Positions 36,555 through 48,100 of a stretch of DNA of 59,256 nt are shown here, piece by piece (the first letter of the stretch is position 1; every line of letters starts with the position of its first letter). Source of the stretch: Gracilinanus agilis (taxonomy: Eukaryota); NCBI RefSeq assembly GCF_016433145.1, contig NC_058131.1, forward strand, positions 595,470,705 to 595,529,960. The letters are read 5' to 3'. Made by a program: the position numbers and the translations under genes. The notes beneath the pieces were generated by a model that did no database searches, was not told where the DNA came from, and saw nothing but the letters and a program-made list of their open reading frames with translations.

Positions 36555-36714
36555 CTTTTGTTAGTGGGATATAGCTCTACTGTAATCACATCTAGTGCAT
36601 TCCAGGCGGCAATACTGGCACCACAGAACAGGCACTGCCAGCCAATCATCGCAGACTCACTGTTGCCAAAAAATAGGAAGAAGCAGCAGACTGCCGATAT
36701 CAGCATGGAACCAC
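36555..36714 (-). CDS. SV2B: SV2B coding exon (160 nt); not in the ORF track
   Basis: cccttcaAG|GT GGT TCC ... AAC AAA AG|GTgaat; encodes (G)GSMLISAVCCFFLFFGNSESAMIGWQCLFCGASIAAWNALDVITVELYPTNK(R). Confidence 0.96.
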
Positions 36715-38275
36715 CTTGAAGGGAGCCAAGGGAGAGAGAAGTATGGTGTCAGTTTCTTGAGCCAGACTCTCAACCATCCAGTTAAGCTTAAATATACACT
36801 TAAAGTAGAGTTAACCCCTTCCATGACCTAATCCCCAAACCCAAATAAAAGACCAAGAAGAAAAGGGAGTATAATGTTAACTTACATCAACACATAAAAG
36901 CATCATCTTTTTTCTTATATGATCTTATCTAGTCAGAAAGCCAAATGACTCCTTAAAGAATCTTCTTTTCTCTATCTATTGGTTAGAGCTAGGAAAGGTA
37001 TCGGCTCCTGTTCAAGATGAGTTTCTTTAAAGCCTCTTTCCCATAGCTTATAATATAGCTTTGCATTGAATTTATTCTCATTGTTATGCAAGTTATTCTC
37101 AGCACTTGAACTCACTAAGGAGTTATTTTCCCCAATGTCTCTGGCTGATCCGCAGGCCTTTCCTTAGACATAAAGTGGGTAACCAGACAAAGATTTATCC
37201 TATTGGCAGTCTCATCTACACTGAGGAACAGTGGGGTAGGGAAATGTGAACCCATTTGTAGAAAGCAAAAGCCAAAAGGGGAAATCTTTTTCCTTCCAGG
37301 AGGAACTTCCTGATACTAGAGGCCCATCACAAAACAGTGGACAATAGACCAAGACACCCCATTTCCTTCTTCATGGTTTAAAGTTCTCATTTTTTTAATA
37401 GACTAGGTCTCCCTATCTTCCTGGTAATAGAAATTTAGTAGCCTAAACCCTTTATTTAAGGTGATCCCATTATTATCATTACCTAGGAGCCCCAACCTGA
37501 GCCAACTTGCCCTTCTTTAGGCAACTCATTTCTCACTCCTAGGGCGTATCATACTGGTACAGGACTTGGTATGATTGTCAGAACTCGGAAACACATACCA
37601 CCTTGTCCTTTAATGTCCCCAATTCTAGAGGAACAGCTTGGCCCACAACTTTCATCTCTGTCCTAAACCAGCTTCTGGCTGAAAATCCAGAAGTGATGAA
37701 GAACTGAACCAGAATGGTTTCATTAGCAATGAAAAGGAAGGAAGGGATATCAGTGACATTATCGAGGCAGAATCTAAAGGGCCTGGGGACAGATTTGATG
37801 TAGAGCATAAGGAAAAGGGAAGAGTTTAGGATGATTCTCAAACTTCAAGCCTAAAAAAGCTGAGAGAAGGGAGCATCAAAAGCTTAAAACATTACATAGT
37901 CAAAAGAACAACAAAAAGAAGTTTCCTGGTTCAGGAAGATTTCCTCTTTACCTCCAACCATTGTAGATCCAATTAATATAGGGAGCAAATGATTTTAATT
38001 CTGATAGGATATCTAGAACAGGCAATAACCAAACTATAGCTGTATTGAGGGCCCAAGAGTTGAGAGGGGAGCAATGTGAAAGAAGCAGCAATGATTATAG
38101 TGAGAGTGTGTTCCATGTATGCTCTTCCCATGAAAGTTGAGGTGGAATAAGAGTCTATGTGGGAGTGTGTGGAGGCTCAAGTTGTGTCCTCTGCAACACA
38201 AGAGATGTCTGAGGGATGCCCTGAAAAGCAAGAATGAGATAGTGAGGATCTTCGGTATTAAAGGACTTGTCAATT

Positions 38276-39160
38276 GGGAACAAGTTAGAGGAATACAAGA
38301 AGCATCTGAGCTGACCTCTCCCACATTCCTCTCCAAACTTTAAAATAATGCCACAAATCAAATTTTAGAGCAGCAAAGGCAATGAAGGGTCAGAGTGAGA
38401 CATTTTTCCCATCTACAATCACTAGGGTGGACCACAGGAGAGGTGTGTAACACTGGAGTGGGTGTAGGCCAGGAGTACCAGGGGTGTACCTTGGAGGAGG
38501 CAGCAGCAGCAGCAGTTTCAGATGCTCTCAGACCAGACATGGTAAGGGGGTTGGACGACTGGTCAGAAAGAGATTATAGGAGACCCTTTGCAAGACTAGG
38601 AGTAGCAGGTGCTGACTGGAGACTCTTGCTCATACACAATTCTGGGTTGCCTTCCCAGCGTGGAGAGGAGCACTTGTCTGGGGGGAAGAGGGGGTCACAA
38701 GGGAACAGGGGCCTTGGCCACAGTTCCAAGGCAGAAAGACATACTAGAACTTGTGGTTTCAGGAGAACAGAGGTGCCATTCACAAGTCCAGGGTCAATAG
38801 GAGACCTAGTGCTTGTAGCTGCAGGGGAGAAAGAGTCCTTTCAGGGAAAAAACCAAAGCACAGATTCAGGAGAGCAGTGACCACACTTCCCCTCACATCA
38901 CAGCACCTTAGAAAGACTGAAAACTTACAGACCTCCAAAAAACTAGCTCTGAAAACACAGGCATGAAAAAGCCTGAAGCTTTTCAGTTCCAAATGACTCA
39001 TGATGAAAAAATGCTATCCACCTCCAGAGAGAGAACTGATAAGCTAAGTACAAACTAAAGTATAATTTCTTCACTTTCTTTTTTTAATATGGCTAATATA
39101 GATACATATTTTATATGATTTCACATGTGCCATTAATTAATATGATGTTGCTTGCCTTCT
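38276..39160 (+). mobile_element. Old L1: 5'UTR segment joined directly to a 3'UTR segment
   Basis: 38310-38370 resembles the L1 5' end at 57742-57800 (ctctccca.attcc...aaatcaaatttt...gcaaag). 38995-39160 is L1 3'UTR-like (gactcatgatgaaaaaatgctatccacctccagagagagaactgat). Confidence 0.65.
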
Positions 39161-39364
39161 CAGGTGCTATTATTACCCCCATTTTACAGATCTTTAATCA
39201 TTACCTCCATTCATACAATTATTACTCTCATTTTATAGATTTTCACCTATTTCCCAAGGTTGTTGTGAAGATAAAATGAGATAATATTCGCAAAATACTT
39301 TGTAAATCTTAAAATGCTATAAAGCTAAATGATCAGATTTTACAAGACTGAATTCATATCTTAG

Positions 39365-39513
39365 TTTTCCTCTGATTTTCAATTTCTACTCTTTTCTTTC
39401 AAAGGTAATAATATCTACTCTCTTCTTTACATATACTATTTTTCCTCTGATTTTCAATTTCTACTCTTTTCTTTCAAAGGTAATAATATCTACTCTCTTC
39501 TTTACATATACTA
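39365..39513. repeat. Perfect tandem duplication, 2 x 74 bp separated by one T
   Basis: 39365-39438 is identical to 39440-39513 (ttttcctctgattttcaat...tttacatatacta). Confidence 0.95.
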
Positions 39514-39557
39514 ACCAACTCTGAAATCTGGGATACTCCCTCAGAGTGCTTCCTCTG

Positions 39558-40640
39558 GTCAGTCAGTCTTTCAATACCTACTAAGCATCTATTATATGCC
39601 ATACACTATGCTAAGCACTGTGGATAAAAAGAAAGTTAAAGATGGTGCCTGCTCTCAAGGAGCTCATAGTCTAATGAGAGAGGCAACATGCAAACAAGTA
39701 CATGCAAACAAATTATATCCAGGATAATTTGCAGATAGAGAGAAGGTATTTGAATTAAAGACATTGGAAAGACTCCTTTGGAGGTAGGATTTTAGGTGGG
39801 ACTTGAAGGAAGCCAGTGAAATCAGGAGGCAGTGATGAGGATTGAGAGCATTCCAAGCATGGGGGACAATCAGTGAAAGTGCATGGAAAAGGGAGATAGT
39901 CTCATGTGAGGAACATTAAGTATACCAGTGTTTACTGGATGCAGAATACGTGCAGAAGTGTAAGAAGCCTAGAAAGGCTGGTCTGAGGAGAAGGAAGTCC
40001 ATTTATGAATGGCTTTGATAATCAAACAGAGGATTTTATATTTTATCCTGGAGATGGTGACAAGTCATTGGAGATTATTAAGTTGCAGGGAGAACTAGTC
40101 AGAGCTAAGCTTTGAGAAGATGACTTAGCTGAAAGTAGGATGAATTAGAATGAGGAGAATTAGGGATGGCATCTATTACAGAAAGTCTTCCTCAGGGACT
40201 TCAGCCACAAAAGAGAGGAGATGTAAGGATGATAGCTAACGGAAATGGATGGATCCAATATCCATTTTTTGAGGATAGGGGAGAGACTATAAAAGAAGGT
40301 TAGGGAGCATTCTAACATAGCAGTTCCATCAACAGACATTTTAGAGATGTTTGGAGAGGAGCAGATTTAGGAGGGAATGATGAACCCCATTTTGGAAATG
40401 TTGAATTTGAAGTATAAGCAGATGGGGAAGGAGAGGGGGAATGATGAGCCTCATTTTAAAAATATTGAATCTGAAGTGAATAAAAGATATCAAGGTAAAA
40501 ATGTCTAGTAAGCAGTTTGAAATACAGGATGGAAATCAGCACTGAAGACACAGACTTGGCAGTCATCTGCATAGAGGTGACAAATAAAGCTACCGGGTAG
40601 ATGAGATTTCCAAGAAAGAGAACATAAAGAAGAAAAAGAA
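39558..40640 (-). mobile_element. L2 LINE fragment
   Basis: gtcagtcagtc...tactaagcatctattatatgcc...tgctctcaaggagctcatagtctaatg...ttttggaaatgttgaatttgaag...agtcatctgcatagaggtga. Confidence 0.8.
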
Positions 40641-41204
40641 TTGGATCAGAGATGAAGAAGCCACTATTTCAATGAACTGCTCAAAGAGAAGTTTGCAATG
40701 GGTTTTGATGCAAGATACACAAACATTTCTACATATGCACATATATATTCATGTAGGTATATATGCACATAAGTGAATTAAAGCAAATGGGAAATAGAGT
40801 CTTTAAGATCCAATTAAATTTTTTCCTTAGAACATGAAAATATTCATCAGTAAAGAGGTGGGATACTATAGAATCTTATACATATTCTTTTTTCCTCTTT
40901 ACAAGGGAAAGGTCAGTGTTAGTGGGAAAGTATACAAGAAAATAAAATTATGTTGTTTAAAAAAATGTCGATGGAATTTTTAAATCATTTTTTCATTAGT
41001 ATCTTTTGCTTTATTCATATTTTTAAATCAGCTTGAACCTAGAGCCATTGCAATAATTCAAATCATCTCCAGAAACATTTATTTTACCCCTTATGATAGA
41101 AACAACTAAAAGTTAACTTTATCAACTAGGGATTTGATGACAAGAAAAAAAAGAACTATATTTCTCTCCCTGACCTTGCCTGACAACTACAAAACATTAT
41201 GAGA

Positions 41205-42506
41205 TACAAACAAAATCAATGCAATCAAAATTAGAAGGGAAATAAGAAATTAGGAAAAAATCTTTATAACGAAAACCTCTGACAAAGGTCTAATTACTCA
41301 GATTTATAAAGAGCTAAATCAATTGTACAAAAAAATCAAGCCATTCCCCAAATGATAAATGGGCAAGGGACATGAGTAGGCAATATTCAGATAAAGAAAT
41401 CAAAACTATCAATAAGCACATGAGAAAGTGTTCTAAATCTCTTATAATTAGAGAAATGCAAATCAAAACAACTCTGAGTTATCACCTCACACCTAGCAAA
41501 TTGGCTAACACGACTACAAAGGAAAGTAATAAATGTTGGAGGGGATGTAGCAAAATTGGGACATTAACACATTGCTGGTGGAGTTGAGTTGTGAACTGAT
41601 CCAACCATTCTGGATGGCAATTTGGAACTATGCCCAAAGAGCGCTAAAAGACTGTCTGCCTTTTGATTCAGCCATACCACTGCTGGTTTTATACCCCCAA
41701 AGAGATCGTAAGGAAAAAGACTTGTACAAAAATATTTATAGCTGTGCTTTTTGTGGTGGCAAAGAATTGGAAAATGATGCCTTTCAATTGGGGAATGGCT
41801 GAACAAATTGTGGTATCTGTTGGTGATGGAATACTATTCTGCTATAAGGAATAATGAACTGGACAAATTCCATGTGAACTGGAACAGCCCCCAGGAATTG
41901 ATGCAGAGTGAAAGGAACAGAACCAAGAGAACCTCATACACAGAGACTGATACACTGTGGTAAAACCGAATGTAATGGAGTCAAGCCTAGAGACAGGAGG
42001 TCCTAGGTTCAAACCCGGCCTCAGCCTCTTCCCAGCTGTGTGACCCTGGGCAAGTCACTTGACCCCCATTGCCCACCCTTACCAATCTTCCACCTATGAG
42101 ACAATACACCAAAGTACAAGGGTTTAAAAAAAAAAAAAAACGAATGTTAAAAAAAAACGAATGTAATGGACTTCTATACTAGCAGCAATGGAATGACCCA
42201 GGACAATTCTGAGGGACTGATGAGAAAGAACACTATTCACATCCAGAGAAAGAACTGTGGAAATAGAAACAAAGAGGAAAAATAACTGCTTGATCACATG
42301 GGTAGATGGGAACATGATTGGGAATGTAGACTCTAAGCAATCACTCTAATGCAAATATTAATAATATGGAAATAGGTCTTGATCAATGACACATGTAAAA
42401 CCCAGTGGAATTATTCGTTGGCTATGGGGAAGGGGGGAAGAACATGAATCATATAACCATGGAAAAATATTCTAAATTAATTAATTAAATAAAAATTTTC
42501 AATTAA
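41205..42506 (+). mobile_element. 5'-truncated young L1 (ORF2 3' part and 3'UTR), antisense in an SV2B intron, interrupted by a SINE
   Basis: ORF2-like peptide IREMQIKTTLSYHLTP...CWRGC; 14-bp TSD AAAACATTA(T/A)GAGA (41191-41204 and 42507-42520). Confidence 0.92.
41980..42152 (+). mobile_element. 5'-truncated SINE1_Mdo-like SINE inside the L1
   Basis: SINE body plus poly(A); TSD AAAA(C/A)CGAATGTAATGGA (41962-41979 and 42153-42170). The L1 at 14160-14200 has a single copy of this site. Confidence 0.92.
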
Positions 42507-42757
42507 AAAACATTAAGAGACATTGGAAAAATATATTCCTTCCAAACTCCCTTTTTTCACAAGGCGTGAAAAGCTATTGCCATTTGGAAACTAAGTCAAT
42601 TAAGTGATTTGCCCAAAGTCACCTAACACATAAAGAATAGAACTGGCATACTAAGCAAAGTCTTCTGATTCCTAGGCCAGTATGGTTTCCATTATATTTC
42701 ATTACCTTTACGTGACTTTCTATAGAATGGATAGAAATTATCAACAAGAGTTAACTA

Positions 42758-42959
42758 GGGGGGGCACCTGGGTATCTCAGTGAATTGAGAGCCTGGCCTA
42801 GAGATAGGAGGTCCTCGGTTCAAATCTGGCCTCAGACACTTCCTAACTGTGCGACCCTGGACAAGTCATTTAACTCCTATTGCCTAGCCCTTACCATTCT
42901 TCTGCCTTGGAACCAATACACAGTATTGATTTTAAACAGAAGGTAAGGGTTTAAAAAAA
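42758..42959 (+). mobile_element. SINE1_Mdo-like SINE
   Basis: Full head and A tail; 12-bp TSD AAGAGTTAACTA (42746-42757 and 42960-42971). Confidence 0.92.
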
Positions 42960-43351
42960 AAGAGTTAACTATCAAGTTGTAAGCCAGTGATATATGGTAA
43001 ATTCTCTGTCCTCTTTAAGCAAAGGTAACTTTCTCTTCATTACAAGGTATTTGGATTTAAACAACAACTTTTTTCCTTCTAGAATGTTATATTCTTCATG
43101 TTTGTCTACTGCCTTAAAAATAAAATAAAATAACTTTTCTCAGTGTGCTTTCCAAGATATTATTATTTCATCATATTCTTACAGAAACCTCGGGAAATGG
43201 AGAAAGCAGGTATGATTCTATCTGTTTTGCAGATGAGAAAACTGAGTCACAGAAAGAGGAGATGATTTGTTTATTGACTAAGCTGCTTATTGACATATCT
43301 GACATGTCCCCCAAGTTATATGTATTCTGGCCACCCCTTCCCCAAGCTCAC

Positions 43352-43552
43352 CAATCATCTTGATTCTCCCAATTTTGTCCATGAGCAGAGCTGATATAAT
43401 GTTGCCTGGCAATACAGACAGACTGCCAAGGAAACTAACAAGGTAGATGAGAAAGTCATTGTCTTCTTCAAAGTCCAAGTGGCATCCCTCCTTCTGTTCC
43501 ATAAAGGTAGTGTTGATGAACCGGCAACCAATGAATTTATGATGATAGAGAT
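43352..43552 (-). CDS. SV2B: SV2B coding exon (201 nt, phase 1-1)
   Basis: cccttgcAG|AT CTC ... ATG ATT G|GTgagc; encodes (D)LYHHKFIGCRFINTTFMEQKEGCHLDFEEDNDFLIYLVSFLGSLSVLPGNIISALLMDKIGRIKMI(G). Confidence 0.97.
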
Positions 43553-44100
43553 CTGCAAGGGAAAGAAGCCAAGTTTAAAACAATTAACTTGGTAAAATGT
43601 AAGCCAGCTGAGGGCATCTCATCATCTCAAAGTCCCCTTAACACCATGCCTTAAACTTATAACAGGTACTCAATAAATGTTTGTTGAATGTTATTATTGA
43701 CTGCAAAGAAGTATTAGGAGGGCATAAGGATAAGATGAATCATAAACATATGTTGCCTCCATGGGAGGCTGTGGCTGTGTCAGCATTTGGCAGAATGTTT
43801 TCCAAGGCCAAGTGGTTTATGGCCAATTCAGGTGGGGAAAGAGGAAAGGTGGAAATAGAAATGTAATTGTTCAAAATTCTAAGGAACAAAGAGATCAGCA
43901 GGCTTAAAATTTTTAAAGTAAATTATCTGTGGAATTCGTAGTGCTAATTAATATTCAAATAATTCAATTATTATAAATATGTGCATTATTAATTGAAGCT
44001 TGAAATATCTGCGGGACATCTGATTTTTTTAAGTTAACTTCACAAAGGATAACTATAGGGACAGGGATGGAACTTGTGATTTCATTGATATAAAGAACTT

Positions 44101-44300
44101 TTTTTTTAACCCTTACCTTCCACCTTAGAATCAATACTGTGTATTGGTTCCAACACAGAAGAGCAGTAAGGACTAAGCAATGGAGATTAAGTGACTTGCC
44201 CAGGGTCATACAGCTAGGAAGTGTCTGAGGCCAGTTTTGAACCTAGGACCTCTTGTCTCTACATCTGGCTCTCAATCCACTGAGCCACCCAGCTGCCCCC
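44101..44300 (-). mobile_element. SINE1_Mdo-like SINE
   Basis: Full head on the minus strand, T tail, imperfect TSD TATA(A/G)AGAACTT. Confidence 0.9.
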
Positions 44301-45061
44301 AGTTATAGAGAACTTCTTAAGTTTCTCTGTCTCTTCATTTATCAAAGAACATTGACACACTATTTCAAATGAGACCATATTTGTAAAAAGTGTTTAGCAC
44401 AGTACCTAGCACAGAGTGGGAGAAAAAAAATACTTATTCCCTTCCCTCTAAGAGCCCTCTGAGATAAGTCTACTAGACATTTTTATTCCCATTTCACAGA
44501 TTTAAAAAAAAACTGAAACTTGGAGTTTGGCAACTTGCTCAAGGTCGTGAAAATAATTAAGGGGTAAAGCTGGGGCTAGAACTCTTGCAAGTCTTCTGAA
44601 TGCTCTTTCTACTTGATGATGATGATTTCATCCTTAACCTATCATGTTCCAGGTAGTTTTCCTTGGAACATGAAATATCATGATGATGTATAAGCCTTAA
44701 AATACTATGTATATATGTGCCATTATAGGGAGAGGGAAGGAAGCTGGTCCTAAGATTTCATCGGTATAAGGAACTCCCAAATGAGAACAATCCCTCTATG
44801 TAAGCAGTACAGCTTCTTCTTTGAACCTTTTGGGCTAGAAAATTAACCTGGAGCGCTGCAAAGTTAAGAGATTTGCTCAAGGTCCCATTGCCAGAAAGTA
44901 TCAGAAACAGAACTTAAATTCAGGTTTTCCTGACTCAAAAGGTCAGCCCGACCCTCTACTCCTCACTGCCTCTCAGTGCAATTATTACTATTGTTGTTAT
45001 TCATGAGAGCAATTCTTCAACAAAGCATCTCCACCCAGGGCCAGCCTATTACTTCTGTTAC

Positions 45062-45195
45062 CTGTATTATAGAAGACAGTTGATTCAATAGTGCAATTTT
45101 TGAAGAAAGTCCCAGGAGATACGACATCTTCAAAATAGCATTCATCAAAGAAGGAAGTCTCGAAGATTACATTCTTTAATTTCATCTTATAGAAC
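45062..45195 (-). CDS. SV2B: SV2B coding exon (134 nt), luminal pentapeptide-repeat region
   Basis: ttttctacAG|G TTC TAT ... AAT ACA G|GTaaca; encodes (K)FYKMKLKNVIFETSFFDECYFEDVVSPGTFFKNCTIESTVFYNT(D). Confidence 0.96.
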
Positions 45196-48100
45196 CTGTA
45201 GAAAAGGCATCACCCCACAGTGGCACTCAATTACAATGATTCACACAGTGAAAATGGAAGCCTGAGATGCTAACAGGAAAAAGAAGACAACCACCTAGGC
45301 AGGTGCAAAGGATGCTACAGGATAAAAGACAGTTTGACATCATACTCAATTCAGATCAATCCCCAAAGCATTCATTTAGCATATACCATGTACAGAACAC
45401 TCCACTAGATGCTGGAGGATACAGAAAGCCTATATAAAATAATCTTTGTCCTTAAGAACCAGGAGATAATTTAACGTTGATTCATGGATGCTGGAATTAT
45501 CCCCATTGTTGGATATCACAACAGTAAAGAATAGAGGTGTTAATGGACTGCCACCTGAACCAAATTCAAATGGAACTAGCAAATGTTTTACAAAGTAAAT
45601 GAAAATACAATACAGCATAAATAATGTTAATATATGGTTCTCTAAGTCAATATTCACTATTGGAATCTGCTTCTATTTAACACCAGTGGAAGAGAGTTGA
45701 CAGATCACTGGTGTTTTATGTGACTTGTCCAGGGACACATAGCAAATAGACCTTACAAGGAGGTCAAATTTGAACCTAGGCAATCCTGACTCCAGATCCA
45801 AACCTCTAGGCATTCTATCAGGCTGCCTCTGTCAACACATTTACAATTATCTACAATATAAACAGAAAAAATAATGTATGAAAGAGGTTCAGTGTGATAT
45901 AAGGTCAAAATAGTTTATCTATTCTTCCTAGTTTGCTATTTGTTTTCTCATCAATTAGGAAGAATTTTCCCCTGCTGCATTATTCAAAGAGTTTGAGTCA
46001 TTATTACTTGTTATTGCAATAAAGATCCCCCCAGAACCCCAGCATCTCAATCAGGAGATGACCCTTGATTCTAGAAGGTTATATAACAGGACACATTCAG
46101 GTGTGACAGTCCTGGGGGGGGAGGTTTATTATTTGAGCTCCAATCTAGATCCATTCATTATCCCTCTCAGAAGAGAGCTTACAAAGTCGTTGACAAGCCT
46201 GAGACAAGTCCTCAGATAAAAAAAAATTGGCCCTCTGCTATTAGAAGACAGGGCTCAGATCCATGTGAATTTGTAAGCCCAATGTATTTACTCTGGAAGC
46301 CTATTTCTGAAGATCTTTTTGGAACCTTTACTTGTTCAACATCCCTCTTTAGCAAAGAAATAAAGCAGTCATGGGGCCTTTAGCGATGTCCTACTGTTCT
46401 GCCAAGGGCAAATGATATAGAAGAGCCATAAATCATAGAGGAAGATAATAAGTACACAGGCCTTGAAATATTCCTCTGAGTAAGTTATAAAAAGCTTTAG
46501 ATATATGGGAGAAACAAAAAGACACAGGCCTGTGGGACACATTCTAGAACTTTAAAATTCAAGGTAATTTCTGTAATGTGTTTGTAAACTTTATAAATAA
46601 GCACATCTCCCCTCATGCCCAACTCCTAATTTCTTTACTGAGCTGATCTTTATTCAGAAGAGCATTGGAGCTGAGAGGAAAATCTGAACTAGGAAACAGT
46701 GTCTTGGAAATTTTCTATTAAAACTTTTAAGAGAGTGTGATGTACACACAGTAAGTATTCTTGAACCCTCATGAAGAACTTTACTGTTCCAACTATCTCT
46801 TGAGCCAAAAATAGCTAATTTTATTAGGACATCTGGCTTAGGTCCAAGCATACTCATCTATCCCTGTCCTAACCCTATGGGGCCTGAAAAAAGTATTTGG
46901 ATTTCCACCTTCTGCCCTGGCCAAAATTACCCAAGTGATTAAGTATATAACAAAAGCTGTGTTTTTACTCTTCTGTAACAGTAGAAAGAGAGAGTTAAAT
47001 AGCTGCACTACATCTGATAAGAGGCCAGGATGGAATGATAGAAAGCTCTGATAGTGGCATCACAAAGTTGTCAGAGGCCCCTGGCAGCAGCAGGTCACCA
47101 AGAGGTAGAGGTAGCAGCTGGAAAGCTCTTGTCTACTTCCAATTCCAAGTATTTATGATGTGAGAAGTTGTTAGATCACAAGCTTGGATCTTGGGATGCT
47201 TTCATCTGGTCCTACTGGTGCCATTACTTGAATATCAATTGGAAACCTCATTGTATTTCCAACACTCTTTTTGCTCATTCAAAAGGAATAATTGCCAAGA
47301 GCTAAACAAACTGAATTGTGTCTTCACTGGAATGCCTGGCTTTCAAGTATGGGAGGTTGCATCATGGGTCTTGGAGACCCAAAGGGTCAGTATCCTCTAA
47401 TATATTATTGCCTTGCTTTCATTGTTTCTAGGCAAAGATGCCCACATATACAGTACTGAAGCATGTCAGTCTGTTCATATGGTTGACCAATTCCATTTTT
47501 CCAAGGCCAAGTGACTAGGGTTCAAGGAAATATAGACATGATCTGGAAGTGTATATATCCTCTAGTGATACAGAATAAAATTTAACCATGCTTTGCACAT
47601 AGTATATGTTTTTATTATTTAATTGTTTTTATCTCAAATCTCATCTCTTTTTCCTAACTCTATCACTTACCTCCAAAGAAGGGTTGCCAAATTCTTCGTG
47701 TAAAGCAAAACCCTAAGTAGAAGTATAAGATGATATTGGATAGAAATTTCCACTCATCCCCCAAAAATTATCAAAATAATAGTAGGTGGGTAAGCACAGC
47801 AGCCAGGTGGTTTTAATGGTCTTGGGCTTGTAATCAAGATCTGAGTTCAAATCGTTCATTAGCCATTAATTATAATTATTGATTATTAATCACTAGCTAT
47901 GCAACCTGGGCCACCTCTTGGTCCCATTTTCCTCATCTGCAAAAATCAGATAGTTGGCCTTAGTGACTTGTAAGGCTCCTTCCCAGTTCAAAATCTATAA
48001 TCCTACAATACTTCCTAAAGAACCAGGAAAATCTGTGATTGTAGTAAGTCAAAACCATTGTACTTTCCAATGAACAAATCATAATTCCAAGCCCTTTAAT

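Noticed and set aside
38395-38880. 161-aa ORF
   Set aside because: It lies in a GC-richer L1 5'UTR remnant and has no recognisable domain or splice context.
47030-47530. Possible coding or retroelement remnant
   Set aside because: The frame I translated gave no recognisable motif and closed at a stop.
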